The position numbers and the translations under genes are program-made. This document shows positions 27,374-37,268 of a stretch of DNA of 64,000 bases, one piece after another. Each line of letters begins with the position of its first letter. Within the stretch, counting starts at the first letter, position 1. The DNA is from an uncultured virus (IMG/VR IMGVR_UViG_3300047357_001465). Lineage: Duplodnaviria; Heunggongvirae; Uroviricota; Caudoviricetes. The notes below the pieces were generated by a model. The model did no database searches and was not told the origin of the DNA. It saw nothing but the letters and a program-made list of their open reading frames with translations. Location of the stretch: IMG/VR virus record IMGVR_UViG_3300047357_001465; one strand, given 5' to 3'.

Positions 27374-27889
27374 ATGGACAGGATTGAACAGATAACTAGA
27401 CAGTTCCTCCGTGAGAAGAAAGCCGCCGACTTCTTGGCAGAAGACAGGGAAGCAGGGGGGCATCGACCTGGTTCTTACATGAGCAGGCAGAACCTCGCAC
27501 ATATGTTGAATCAGGTCATTTCTATCTGTCAGCAAATGGGGCATGAGGAAGAGCTTGAAGATTGGGTTGAGGACAAGATATCTCACGCCCATGCCGCTCT
27601 TTCAGATGTCGCGAGATATATTGAATATGGAGACCGCGAACCTTCTTTAAAAATGGCAGAAGACGGCCTAGTCGCGAGTGAAGACGAGAGAATGGCTCAC
27701 CGAACTTGGACGAAGAAGCAGTGGAAAGAACACCTTGAGAAGTATCCTGAGATGGCCTACTACCAAGGAACTTACAATAGAGGTAAGTTTAACCCCGCCA
27801 AAGCTAACAAGAACATTAAAGAGTTCGGCCTTGAGAAGGAAATGGAGGCAGGTAAATTTAAGCCTAAAAAGAAAGCGAGATGGAGATGA
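27374..27889 (+). CDS. putative head-internal protein
   Basis: Starts QITRQFLREKKAA; LEDWVEDKI helix; upstream late motif. Confidence 0.55.
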   Translation: MDRIEQITRQFLREKKAADFLAEDREAGGHRPGSYMSRQNLAHMLNQVISICQQMGHEEELEDWVEDKISHAHAALSDVARYIEYGDREPSLKMAEDGLVASEDERMAHRTWTKKQWKEHLEKYPEMAYYQGTYNRGKFNPAKANKNIKEFGLEKEMEAGKFKPKKKARWR

Positions 27890-28362
27890 ACTCAGCTACT
27901 AGAGTAGCTTCTGCTCACATGAGAAAAGAAGCCGCAAGTGGTCTCTTTGGGTTCACCAAATCTATCCAGAGAGAGGGTGAGTCAGCCATCAAGAGGGTAA
28001 AGAAGCAGGCGGAGAAGATCTCCACACAGCTTGAAAAGAGACATCCTGAAGCAGGGGTCTATTTAACTTTGAGATGCACCAAAGCGGGTTGTGTTCCTTC
28101 TAAGGCATTAGCTAAGGTATGTATCTTCAACCGACCCCAAACTAGGGTCTTGAAAGGCCCTATGGGATTTAAGCCATCTACGGCTAAGGCTTCCCAGAAA
28201 GCGATCTCGGACATACTCTTGTTTGCGGGCGAGGTTGGATATACTCTGTATCATAAGAAGAACGACGTACTTCCTTTCTTAACATCCTACGCGAAACGGA
28301 AGAGATGCCCCTACGCCAAGCTCTTAACTGAAGCGTACCCCCACATTCAGAGTGGCCTATGA
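27880..28362 (+). CDS. putative head-internal protein with an internal duplication
   Basis: Starts RVASAHMRKEAA; two halves ending KAGCVPSKAL and RKRCPYAKLL. Confidence 0.55.
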   Translation: MEMNSATRVASAHMRKEAASGLFGFTKSIQREGESAIKRVKKQAEKISTQLEKRHPEAGVYLTLRCTKAGCVPSKALAKVCIFNRPQTRVLKGPMGFKPSTAKASQKAISDILLFAGEVGYTLYHKKNDVLPFLTSYAKRKRCPYAKLLTEAYPHIQSGL

Positions 28363-29090
28363 GATCTCTATTCTTGTCCTTCTTGATATTCCCCTCACTG
28401 AGCTTTGCCCAAGTGAATATGGAATCAGATCGCGGAGGAGACAAAGAAGGATGGGGTCTTAAGACAGACTTTGGCATCACCCTACAGTCGGGTAATGTCG
28501 AGACATTCTCTTATAAGCTTGGGCTCAGGGCTGATCTCGCGAGAGGGAAAAACCACCTTTACCTTGTCCTGAACAATCAGTATGGGGAAGAGGGTGGCGT
28601 AAGCTTTAGGGATCAGGGATTTGGACACATTAGGTGGACACATATGAGAGGGCCTGTTGGGTTTGAGACCTTTACTCAAGTAGAATATGACGACTTTCGA
28701 CTTCTCCAGACGAGGCAGTTGAATGGTTTAGGATTAAGAGTTGAGTTCATGGAAGTCTTAGCTGTCGGCATCAGTGGAATGTCTGATTTCGAGTCTATTC
28801 AGAAGAGAGACGAAGGTCAATTAGATTGGCGTGGGTCTTCTTATATCAGCTTAGATGAGGATTTAGGAGAGTCTTTCAAGATCCACGTCGTAAGTTATTA
28901 CCAACCTCTTTTTAAGGACTTCTCTGATTGCCGCCTATATAGCATAGCTACGCTATCAGCCTCTGTCACGAAAACCTTCTCGATTAAGAATCAAGTATCT
29001 TATGCCTTCGACACAAGACCCCCCGACGGTGTCGAGAAGAAAGATCTTCAATTCATAGTGAGCTTTGAATTGAAGACTTCGGGGGAATAG
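28359..29090 (+). CDS. outer-membrane beta-barrel protein (DUF481/YdiY-like)
   Basis: Signal peptide MRSLFLSFLIFPSLSFA; SGNVET motif; alternating amphipathic strands. Confidence 0.7.
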   Translation: MRSLFLSFLIFPSLSFAQVNMESDRGGDKEGWGLKTDFGITLQSGNVETFSYKLGLRADLARGKNHLYLVLNNQYGEEGGVSFRDQGFGHIRWTHMRGPVGFETFTQVEYDDFRLLQTRQLNGLGLRVEFMEVLAVGISGMSDFESIQKRDEGQLDWRGSSYISLDEDLGESFKIHVVSYYQPLFKDFSDCRLYSIATLSASVTKTFSIKNQVSYAFDTRPPDGVEKKDLQFIVSFELKTSGE

Positions 29091-29129
29091 TTTTTTTATG
29101 GTTTACTCTTTAATAAAAGGAGAGTGAGC

Positions 29130-30788
29130 ATGAAAAGCCCATCAGAACAAATCTTAGACCTTCTGTCTGAATACAAAAACCTTAAAATCAAATCCGCCAA
29201 GAAGTCTTTAAGAAAGATACTAGGTAAGTTTGATGTCGAGTTAGTCTCTTACGAACTTCGAACTAGGTTTCTTGATCAGGTTGAAGTGAAATTAAAAAAA
29301 GAGTTCTCTTTACCTAAGCACTTGAAGAGGGAGTACCCTGAGCTAGTAGGGGAGACCTTCAGCTTAGGTCACTTCATGCAAAAACAGAGTATGATTAAAG
29401 GAGTCCCAGAGATTGGTATGCACCAAGAGAATATGTGGGTGATAGACCTTAACTACGCCCTCAAGACGTGGATGTTGCAGTATGGTTGCGACATTGAGGT
29501 TCTCGTAGGAGATCGTAAAGACTACCCCCTGAAGAAGAAATACACATCCTTAGTTAAAAGAAGATTGCACAGATATGGCTGGAAAGCTCAGTTGCTTGTT
29601 AAAATGGGCTTAGGCTTATTTGGGGGTCTCTTCTGGAAGCTTGCCTATGAAACCATAATGAAGATAGACGACAACCCTTTCTTAGACTTGTCTAAAGACA
29701 GCTTAAATCGTTTGAAGAGAGTCGGCTCTAGCCAAGCGAGCTGGGCTATCCTTTCAAGCGGAGTGTCTCAGTCAAGAGTGGAAGCACATATCATCCGACT
29801 CACTGTAAACCAGCTCCTTAACTCACTAGAGAAGAGTCCGCTCAAAGAAGAGCTCTATAAGCATGTTGGAGATAATCTACAGGCTCTCCCAGCCCACTTG
29901 TCGAAGCTCGAAAGAAGCTTAGATAGGACAAACTACGCTCTTATCACTATGGGAGGTGATTGGTATCGCCAGAGATTGGTTCACGAAGACCGAGAAATGG
30001 TAGATATGGCAAGCAAGTTTAACCCCCTTCCTGTGCCTTCTACCATTAAGAAGTCTCATTTAAAGCAGGCTAACCTCTTTAAAGACCTGATAAAGAAGAC
30101 CTTTTACACAAAGACAGAGAATCTCCTCTCGGCGGTTGAGGAGATTAAAAAAGTCCCAGAAGCCGAAAGACGAGGGGTTCAAAAAAAACTCATGTCTGAA
30201 CTCGAGGTTCACAAGAAAAAGTTTATAGAAAAGGCATATGGAGTGCTGGAGAGTAAACTTGAAGGTTTCCAATACGAGATCATAAGGTTCGAACCCAGTT
30301 CTAAATTATACTCTAACATCACAGTCCGAAAGAAAGATCAGAAAACTAAGTTCTCGCTCAAGACTTTAGAGTCTTCATTGAAGAAAAAAGCGAGAGAAGA
30401 AGAGCTGAGCCTCACACCGAAGACTAGGTTCAAAGATTTGTTGTTTGTCCTTGAGAATTGGAAATTCCAATATGGGCAGTATATTCTAATGTTAATCGGA
30501 GAGTCCTCCTTAACCTTCTCAGAAAAAGATACTAAGCTAGTTGCTAGGCTAAGTCGGTGGCTTAGTATAGGAGCAAAGAAGGCGATCATCCTCTTGAAAG
30601 CTTTGTTCTTGTTTTTCGACCCTAGTGCTTTGGGTATTATAATTACCTTCCTACTCCTGCCAAAGACTCTCGGCTATCAACCCCCTGCGATGGCGTTTGG
30701 GTCTGCCTTATTCATTGCTTTTGCAAGCATGATCTTCATCGGCAGAGAGAGAGCAGTCCCACATTGGAAGAGGTTTAAGAGAATTTAG
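29130..30788 (+). CDS. three-part putative cargo polyprotein with hydrophobic segments
   Basis: N- and C-terminal modules are paralogous and separated by KRVGS and KQA linkers; start at 29130 fits the AAGGAG RBS. Confidence 0.6.
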   Translation: MKSPSEQILDLLSEYKNLKIKSAKKSLRKILGKFDVELVSYELRTRFLDQVEVKLKKEFSLPKHLKREYPELVGETFSLGHFMQKQSMIKGVPEIGMHQENMWVIDLNYALKTWMLQYGCDIEVLVGDRKDYPLKKKYTSLVKRRLHRYGWKAQLLVKMGLGLFGGLFWKLAYETIMKIDDNPFLDLSKDSLNRLKRVGSSQASWAILSSGVSQSRVEAHIIRLTVNQLLNSLEKSPLKEELYKHVGDNLQALPAHLSKLERSLDRTNYALITMGGDWYRQRLVHEDREMVDMASKFNPLPVPSTIKKSHLKQANLFKDLIKKTFYTKTENLLSAVEEIKKVPEAERRGVQKKLMSELEVHKKKFIEKAYGVLESKLEGFQYEIIRFEPSSKLYSNITVRKKDQKTKFSLKTLESSLKKKAREEELSLTPKTRFKDLLFVLENWKFQYGQYILMLIGESSLTFSEKDTKLVARLSRWLSIGAKKAIILLKALFLFFDPSALGIIITFLLLPKTLGYQPPAMAFGSALFIAFASMIFIGRERAVPHWKRFKRI

Positions 30789-30842
30789 CAGCCCCCCGTC
30801 TCTTTTCGATAATATCGGTGAAGATATTTATTAGAGAAAGAG

Positions 30843-33008
30843 ATGATTATGAGAGTTTTAGAGAATAAGTTTAAGAGCAAATGTTACGTCTGCGGGGTTA
30901 CGGTTCAGCCCGCAGACGGCTTCGCGGTTGAAGAGATACCGCGTGTTTGGAAAACCGTTTGTAAGAACAGCGGTTGCCACAGCCAAGTCAAGGGGCTGAC
31001 CGAATTACTGAACCGACCAAACACTAGAGAGATTACTTCAAAAGGGATGGTTAACATCTACCCTTTCGATTGGAGTGCCCTCCCTAAGATTAAAACCTTT
31101 CCTGGAGCGAGGTTTGATGGGAATACCAAAAGCTGGTTTATCTCCCTTGACCCTTCAGACCGAGATCGAGTAGTTAAGGTCGCAAAGGATCTCCGCCTTG
31201 ATCTCCCTAAAGGGTTTGAAAAGGTCGAAGCCACATCCGAAGTTAAAGAAGCTATCGCGAGAGGAGAAGCAGTTGGAGCTTACCCTTACCAACTTAAGGG
31301 CATTGAGTTCTTGGCGGGTAAGAAGCATGCCCTCCTCGCGGACGACATGGGGCTCGGTAAGACCATTCAGTCTCTTGTCGCCCTCCCTGAGAACGCAAAG
31401 TGCATCTTCCTCTGCCCCGCTACCCTCAAGAGCAATGTTGCGAATGAGGTTAATAAATGGCGTCCAGATCTTACCCCTGTGGTCATCTGTGGTCGAAAAG
31501 GGTTTAGGGTTCCTTCAAAGGGTGAAGTGGTAATTGTTAACTATGATATCTTGCCCTCTTGCTTCACACCTACGGATAAGTGGGGCGAGGAGTCAAGCAC
31601 GCCTTCTTCTTGGGTTCAATCTCTATCTGAGACCGTCCTGATTGCAGATGAGGTTCACGTCTGTAAGAACCCAAAGGCATCTAAGTCTAAGAAGACAAAG
31701 GTTCTCAGTAAGATGTGCCTCAGAGTTTGGGCTATGACAGGTACGCCTATCATGTCTAAAGCTCTAGATATGTGGGGTGTCCTTCAAGCGTTCGATTTAG
31801 AGCGTAAAGTATTCGGTAGCTGGAAAAACTTTGTTCAACTCATGAATGGAGAGAAGCAATGGGTTTCAGCTACCGCTTCAAAGTGGGTCTTTGGAACTCC
31901 TTCCCCTATGGTAACAGAGACTCTTCGAAAGTTGATGCTCCGTAGGTTGAAGAAAGACGTTCTCCCCGACCTTCCCGCTAAGACTTACCAAGACATCCTT
32001 GTAGACGTAAATTCTAAGTCTCTGTTCAATAAGACAGAGAAGCTCATGGTAGATGTTAAGCATCTTACTCCTAACGAGCCTTTACCTCACTTCGAGAAGT
32101 TCTCAAAGCTTCGAGCAGCACTCGCTAAAGACCGCATCCCAGCTCTCATCGAGCAGGTTGAGTCTTTTGAGGAGGCAGATGAGCCTGTCGTGGTCTTCTC
32201 GGCACACAAAGAGCCTATGAAGGCTCTGGCTCAAAGAGATGGTTGGGGTACCATTACTTCAGACACCACCCTCGAAGGCCGTAAAGAGATTGTCAGGCAG
32301 TTTCAAGACGGGTTTCTCAAGGGCGTAGGTTTGACCATCAAGGCGGGCGGAGTAGGCCTTACCTTGACCCGAGCTAGTAAGATGATCTTCGTAGACATGG
32401 AGTGGAATCCTGCTTTGAACACTCAGGCGGAAGACAGGATCTGCCGCATCGGTCAGCAAGCGGATAATATCCAATATGTGCGACTTGTCAGCAACTGTGC
32501 CCTTGACATCCATGTACATAATATCCTCCACGCAAAAGCAGAGATGATCCACAAGGCATTGGAGAGTGAAGACTCGCCTGTGGTCTTCACTCCAACTCCC
32601 GCTATCGACCTTTCTACGAAAGTGGTGCAGGAGACTCCAGAGGAGGCTCAAAAGAGAATCGAAGACCTTAGAGAAGCAAAGAAGCGAGCAGGGGAAAAGC
32701 TGGCTCAAGCATCTGCCACAGCAAAGATCACTGCTCGCCGAAGCTCTTGGACTCGAGGTAGTCTTTTACCCGACCCCTCACCCACACAGCGTCAAGAGAT
32801 CTACGCCGCCCTTGTCCTTATGTTAGGGTCTTGTGATGGTGCAGTGAGCCACGACAACGTAGGCTTTAATAAGCCTGACGCATATAATATGCGGTCAATC
32901 CGAATCTCAGGACTCTTAGGAGGAGATATCGGTCTTCAGAAATATGTGTGGGGTACTCTCAGGAAATACAGCCGACAGCTTGAGTCCATCTTCCCCGATC
33001 TCTTCTAA
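30843..33008 (+). CDS. SNF2-family helicase (SMARCAL1/HARP-like)
   Basis: LADDMGLGKT, DEVH, TGTP, GVGLTL and QAEDRICRIGQ; HARP-like GARFD...W segment. Confidence 0.9.
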   Translation: MIMRVLENKFKSKCYVCGVTVQPADGFAVEEIPRVWKTVCKNSGCHSQVKGLTELLNRPNTREITSKGMVNIYPFDWSALPKIKTFPGARFDGNTKSWFISLDPSDRDRVVKVAKDLRLDLPKGFEKVEATSEVKEAIARGEAVGAYPYQLKGIEFLAGKKHALLADDMGLGKTIQSLVALPENAKCIFLCPATLKSNVANEVNKWRPDLTPVVICGRKGFRVPSKGEVVIVNYDILPSCFTPTDKWGEESSTPSSWVQSLSETVLIADEVHVCKNPKASKSKKTKVLSKMCLRVWAMTGTPIMSKALDMWGVLQAFDLERKVFGSWKNFVQLMNGEKQWVSATASKWVFGTPSPMVTETLRKLMLRRLKKDVLPDLPAKTYQDILVDVNSKSLFNKTEKLMVDVKHLTPNEPLPHFEKFSKLRAALAKDRIPALIEQVESFEEADEPVVVFSAHKEPMKALAQRDGWGTITSDTTLEGRKEIVRQFQDGFLKGVGLTIKAGGVGLTLTRASKMIFVDMEWNPALNTQAEDRICRIGQQADNIQYVRLVSNCALDIHVHNILHAKAEMIHKALESEDSPVVFTPTPAIDLSTKVVQETPEEAQKRIEDLREAKKRAGEKLAQASATAKITARRSSWTRGSLLPDPSPTQRQEIYAALVLMLGSCDGAVSHDNVGFNKPDAYNMRSIRISGLLGGDIGLQKYVWGTLRKYSRQLESIFPDLF

Positions 33009-33574
33009 GATCCTGTCTCTATCTTCTGGTGATCATACGCCCTCAAAAACTTTTCAGCTTTATCTAGCTGATATGCCTTATCTCTCAGATCCTTATTGAG
33101 GTTCATATTACCTAATACGGTAATCTCATGGGTCGCGGTATCTTCAAGCCTTGTTGTCAAACCTAGTGTTTTTGGCATCAAGGCTTTTATTAGTTTAGGG
33201 TCTATGTATTTAATAGAGATGTCCCAAACCATATCTAATTCTACACCTTGACATATGTTCAAAGGCTGACCCCCATACACGGTAGTCATCTTTTCCCTGT
33301 GAAGAGAAATCCCTGATCTCGTCTTGAGTTCTAGGTCAAAGAAGTGGACAGGTATTGGGGCTTCAGGTCTATCAAAGAACATCTTAAAAGCTACATGAAG
33401 GTTCTTATCGCCAAAGGTTATCGTGGGTTGGTTGATATGACCCCACTCATGGATGATGATATATACCTCTTTAGACTCTACGAGCCTATTAACGAAGTCA
33501 AGTTCGATGTCGCTCATGGGTATGTACAGAGAATTACTGTTCCCACCTCCAAATTCGTTCTTGTCTTTTGCCAT
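33005..33574 (-). CDS. hypothetical protein
   Basis: 189 aa; GAGG RBS; follows the topoisomerase. Confidence 0.65.
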   Translation of the reverse strand: MAKDKNEFGGGNSNSLYIPMSDIELDFVNRLVESKEVYIIIHEWGHINQPTITFGDKNLHVAFKMFFDRPEAPIPVHFFDLELKTRSGISLHREKMTTVYGGQPLNICQGVELDMVWDISIKYIDPKLIKALMPKTLGLTTRLEDTATHEITVLGNMNLNKDLRDKAYQLDKAEKFLRAYDHQKIETGS

Positions 33575-33585
33575 CTTACACCTCT

Positions 33586-34917
33586 TTAGATAAGTTCAAG
33601 TATGTACAATACTCTACCCAAGCCAGAGCTAACCTTAACCCCTCTAGCACTAGAAACCTTTTGAGACTCTCTCAGAAAGAATAAAGGATCGAACTCTAGC
33701 TTAGTTTCGCCCTTAAGTATACAATCTCTCAAGCTTCCCTTGAGGTCAGATTTACTTAAAAAGTGCAATATGACCTCTGGGTTGATGTAAGACTGCTTCG
33801 TTGTTTTGGGTGAGTCATGAGAGAGGGCGACTTGAGCACTTTTATGTGCTTTATCCAGAACTTTGCAGATCTCGTCTATGGTCTTCTCCGCCGCCTCTTC
33901 CACCTCAAGATCAACATAAGACTTTATTTTTAACATTAGAGTGTCTCTCTCTTGCTTCAATGTCTCATAAACCGCTTCTGTGGCCCGCAGCTTCCTGAAG
34001 TCTGTAATTCTTAACTCGCCGAAGTTTTCCTTAAAGTACTTCTTGAGGTGCCGATATTTGAAATCCTCCCCAAAGAGGTAATCTGAACTATGACCCTCAA
34101 AGCCCTCTATGTACTCTCTAAGTACTTTAGTTGTAGTGGTATCAGTTAGAGATGCCCTGTTGACAACACCTTTCTTACCCTCAAACCGTAAGAGGATCGT
34201 CCCATCTCCCTGTAAACGCAGGTGCTCTCTCTTCAAAGTGAGAGCTCCGAAGGTTTCGATCTCCTCACCTTCAGCTAGGATCGCATTCCCATGACGACCT
34301 GGCCTGATGCCTGTCTCTAGAATAATTAACAAGACTAGAGCGGAGATCTTGTCAAAGCCGTATTTTGAATCCAGAGAGGACTTTAAGGTCTTCTCTATGT
34401 CATCATACTGCTCTAAGATCTTACGTTGATTAAGAGCCTTTTCTGCAACCGTGTACGTCTTGTTCGCAAACAGCTCTCCGATGTTCTTGACCCTGCCTTT
34501 ATCATCGACATCAACTGTAATGGTGTCGGGAAGGTAGGCCCTTAATTTCTTAGGTATTGTCTTAAGGAACAACTTCTGCTTCTTATAGAGCTGAATGTCC
34601 CTCCTCGACTTTAGTGTAATCTTCCCTTCACCGTCAAGAGCCTCTTTGAGTGTGAGGTCACCCAAGAGGTGGTCGGTTATGATCTTAACCGTTTTATTCC
34701 TCTTAGTCTTGAAGGAGTCCTCTGTCAGAGGCCCTACAAACTTCTGTATATATCTCTTCACTTGGGGGAGAGACTCTATCAAAAGCCTTAGCTCTTTCGC
34801 TTTCGTACTCCCCTCTTCTATGGTGCGAGGGTACTTTTTCAGCGAGGAAAGGAGAGACTTAAATTCCTTTAGAGACCTGTCTCTGAAGTTGATTGTTGCT
34901 TTATCTATATCGTTCAT
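33586..34917 (-). CDS. DNA topoisomerase IB
   Basis: Catalytic pentad R (ETGIRPG), K (FEGKKG), R (DFRKLRA), H (LSHD), Y (SYINP). Confidence 0.85.
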   Translation of the reverse strand: MNDIDKATINFRDRSLKEFKSLLSSLKKYPRTIEEGSTKAKELRLLIESLPQVKRYIQKFVGPLTEDSFKTKRNKTVKIITDHLLGDLTLKEALDGEGKITLKSRRDIQLYKKQKLFLKTIPKKLRAYLPDTITVDVDDKGRVKNIGELFANKTYTVAEKALNQRKILEQYDDIEKTLKSSLDSKYGFDKISALVLLIILETGIRPGRHGNAILAEGEEIETFGALTLKREHLRLQGDGTILLRFEGKKGVVNRASLTDTTTTKVLREYIEGFEGHSSDYLFGEDFKYRHLKKYFKENFGELRITDFRKLRATEAVYETLKQERDTLMLKIKSYVDLEVEEAAEKTIDEICKVLDKAHKSAQVALSHDSPKTTKQSYINPEVILHFLSKSDLKGSLRDCILKGETKLEFDPLFFLRESQKVSSARGVKVSSGLGRVLYILELI

Positions 34918-34973
34918 ATCCCCTCCGTCTTAACTAAGAACTGAGATTGGGGGGGCTATTAATAGACTACAAC

Positions 34974-35339
34974 CTACTTGAGTGTGCCGTCAAACTCTTC
35001 GAATTCTATGTCTTCGATTGGGTTTTTTTCGGCGTGCTCAGTTTTTTTTTGCGTTGGATGCGAGGAACCGTCCTTATCTAAGGCAGAAACCGCGACATGA
35101 GTATACTTATCAAGAGCGGCCTGCCCGAGAATGTACCCTATCTGGATGAAGCCTGAAGTGACGATCATCGTAACCAACACCATAAATGCGTAGTGTTCAA
35201 TTTTCGTCTGATATTCCCAGATGACATAGAACATCAAGATTTTCCATCCAAGGTCAGCGATAAGGTATGCCAAGAACTTCTTACTCTTGAGTGGGAGCTT
35301 ATCGAAGATGGTATGGTCTTTTGGTTTTTCGGTGGTCAT
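34974..35339 (-). CDS. 2-TM membrane protein (holin-like)
   Basis: KSKKFLAYL start of TM1; second hydrophobic helix; GQAALD. Confidence 0.6.
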   Translation of the reverse strand: MTTEKPKDHTIFDKLPLKSKKFLAYLIADLGWKILMFYVIWEYQTKIEHYAFMVLVTMIVTSGFIQIGYILGQAALDKYTHVAVSALDKDGSSHPTQKKTEHAEKNPIEDIEFEEFDGTLK

Positions 35340-35348
35340 GGGTTCCTC

Positions 35349-35723
35349 TTAATTCACTCGGAGTTTGGTTCGCTTGTTAGTGGATTTGTTAACTGTTTTT
35401 GGGAGGTGGTTGTTTCCCAAGTTCACTCTAGTTGTCATAGAACTCTGGAAGTCGTCCTCTATGGTTTGAGTGTATTTACGAGGGGGAGTGCTGTAGGCAT
35501 ATATAGTCTCCAGCCTACCCTGCTCTTCAGGGAGCATGGAAGACAGCAATGCTTGGAAGTCGTCTCTCGCCTTTTGATTTCCGTCAGACAAGAACTCTAG
35601 GATCAAATGGTCTGGGAGAAGGGGAGGGTTTTCAAAGTCGCCTGTCACACCTTTCAGGGTGTTCTGTCCGTTGTCTCTAATCCAATAGTTAGACATCTCT
35701 CTCCCCCTCTTCTTCTTCACCAT
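35349..35723 (-). CDS. hypothetical protein
   Basis: In an operon; true start probably at MSNYWIRD. Confidence 0.5.
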   Translation of the reverse strand: MVKKKRGREMSNYWIRDNGQNTLKGVTGDFENPPLLPDHLILEFLSDGNQKARDDFQALLSSMLPEEQGRLETIYAYSTPPRKYTQTIEDDFQSSMTTRVNLGNNHLPKTVNKSTNKRTKLRVN

Positions 35724-36186
35724 CTTCGGTGTCTTTGGTTTTAGGTATCCAACTCTCTACAACATTCTTTAGAATGATGTCTTCTTCTTTCTTTGCCTTA
35801 ATCACACCCTCTCCTTGGAATAAAGATAGCTTGTCAATCACAGCAGATTGGAGATCGAATATTTGTTCGCGAAGAAGTTGCATCTGTATCTGAGCATCCC
35901 TTAATCTCGCGATCAGGGCTTCTCGATCTCCGTTTGCGGACGCGAGTTTGTCCTTGAGTTCTTCTACTTCAGAGGGGTCTCTCCCTGAAGCTATTGCGAG
36001 CATAGAAGATATAGACCCCGTGAGCATACCTATGATCCCAATCAGGATGTCCCTATTTTTCTCTACTATTTCGTGCGTAGAAAGAAAGTAGATGAGTATG
36101 ACAATAAGACACATGAAGACGACAGACGCCCACCAGCCTCTTTTAGCTTTCTCTGATTGAGTGAACTGCTTATTTGTCTGGTTCAT
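35689..36186 (-). CDS. 2-TM plus coiled-coil membrane protein
   Basis: Two hydrophobic helices followed by a heptad-like segment. Confidence 0.65.
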   Translation of the reverse strand: MNQTNKQFTQSEKAKRGWWASVVFMCLIVILIYFLSTHEIVEKNRDILIGIIGMLTGSISSMLAIASGRDPSEVEELKDKLASANGDREALIARLRDAQIQMQLLREQIFDLQSAVIDKLSLFQGEGVIKAKKEEDIILKNVVESWIPKTKDTEDGEEEEGERDV

Positions 36187-37057
36187 CGCTAAATCCTATT
36201 CTTTTCTGCAGGTCTTTTTTAACAAAATCGTAAGACTCTGAGACGTAATCTACGACGCTGTCATAGATGGGCATAGTATAAGGAAGCCCTATTAATATTC
36301 TTGACATGGGTCTAACAGATATTTGAAATAGGACATATAGAATCACGATAAGAGAGATTACCCCAGCTCTCCATATGACCCAATTTACCCAATCTAGGAA
36401 TTCCCTATCTCTAGCTCTTTTCTTTATATACTTCGGGCCACCCAGCCTTTTGACTTTCTCAGAACTTGGAGGGGGCTGAAGAGATTCCACACTCTGCCCA
36501 ACTGCGTAAACCTCCTGCGGGGTGCTCACCCCTTTGAAGCGATACATACCAACGCAGGCATATCGAGTGTCCTTAGGGGTACGGGTATTAGTTCTACTCT
36601 TAATGTTGACAAATGCTTCTTTCGTCAACAGAACTTGACCTGCTTGGCAGAGGCTCATAGTTCGAGCCGCTATGTTTTTAGCTAAGCCCTCTAGTTCAAT
36701 CCTTTTAGCACCAGCACCGACGAAGAGTTCATCTTGTTGCACCTCTATGATCCGACCCCAATGGATGCCTATACGGGTAGTCAGCCGAGTCTTCTTTGGA
36801 ACTGTCCTCTGATAGCTGAGAGCAAAGTTGACGGCATCAACAGTCCTGTTAAAAGAAAGTAAGAACCCGTCACTTCGGTCTATTTCTCGACCGTCATGTT
36901 TATAGATTAAAGACCGTGCGAGCCTATCATGAACCTGAAACCACTGAGCCGACACATGGGCACCATTCTTTTGAACGAATGCGGTAGACCCAATTATATC
37001 TAGCAAGACGATTGCTAGATAACGTTCTTTCATCGTGACTTCAGTGGGGACTTTCAT
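36170..37057 (-). CDS. class III nucleotidyl cyclase with a C-terminal TM anchor
   Basis: LLDIIGST, IDRSDG, RIGIHWG, NIAAR, GQVLLT and YRFKG. Confidence 0.85.
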   Translation of the reverse strand: MKVPTEVTMKERYLAIVLLDIIGSTAFVQKNGAHVSAQWFQVHDRLARSLIYKHDGREIDRSDGFLLSFNRTVDAVNFALSYQRTVPKKTRLTTRIGIHWGRIIEVQQDELFVGAGAKRIELEGLAKNIAARTMSLCQAGQVLLTKEAFVNIKSRTNTRTPKDTRYACVGMYRFKGVSTPQEVYAVGQSVESLQPPPSSEKVKRLGGPKYIKKRARDREFLDWVNWVIWRAGVISLIVILYVLFQISVRPMSRILIGLPYTMPIYDSVVDYVSESYDFVKKDLQKRIGFSDEPDK

Positions 37058-37058
37058 A

Positions 37059-37268
37059 CTACTCCCAGAGGCTCTCTATATTGCTACAAGTAGTATTCAA
37101 GATCCTCTGAGCTATGACCTTATCGCAATTGTCTATGTAAGGTCGGTATCCGACACATTCTTCAATGTAGTCTATAGCCTCTTCGCAAGGTGTCTTCACG
37201 GGATCTTCCTGATGTCCTGCTTCACAAGAGCTTAAGGAAAACGCTATTAGTAAGGCGATCTTCTTCAT
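37059..37268 (-). CDS. small Cys-rich lipoprotein
   Basis: MKKIALLIAFSLSS-C lipobox. Confidence 0.65.
   Translation of the reverse strand: MKKIALLIAFSLSSCEAGHQEDPVKTPCEEAIDYIEECVGYRPYIDNCDKVIAQRILNTTCSNIESLWE

Noticed and set aside
33586..34917. Tyrosine integrase or prophage boundary
   Set aside because: Motif spacing (GKKG, FRKLRA, SYINP) fits topoisomerase IB; no att sites or host genes seen
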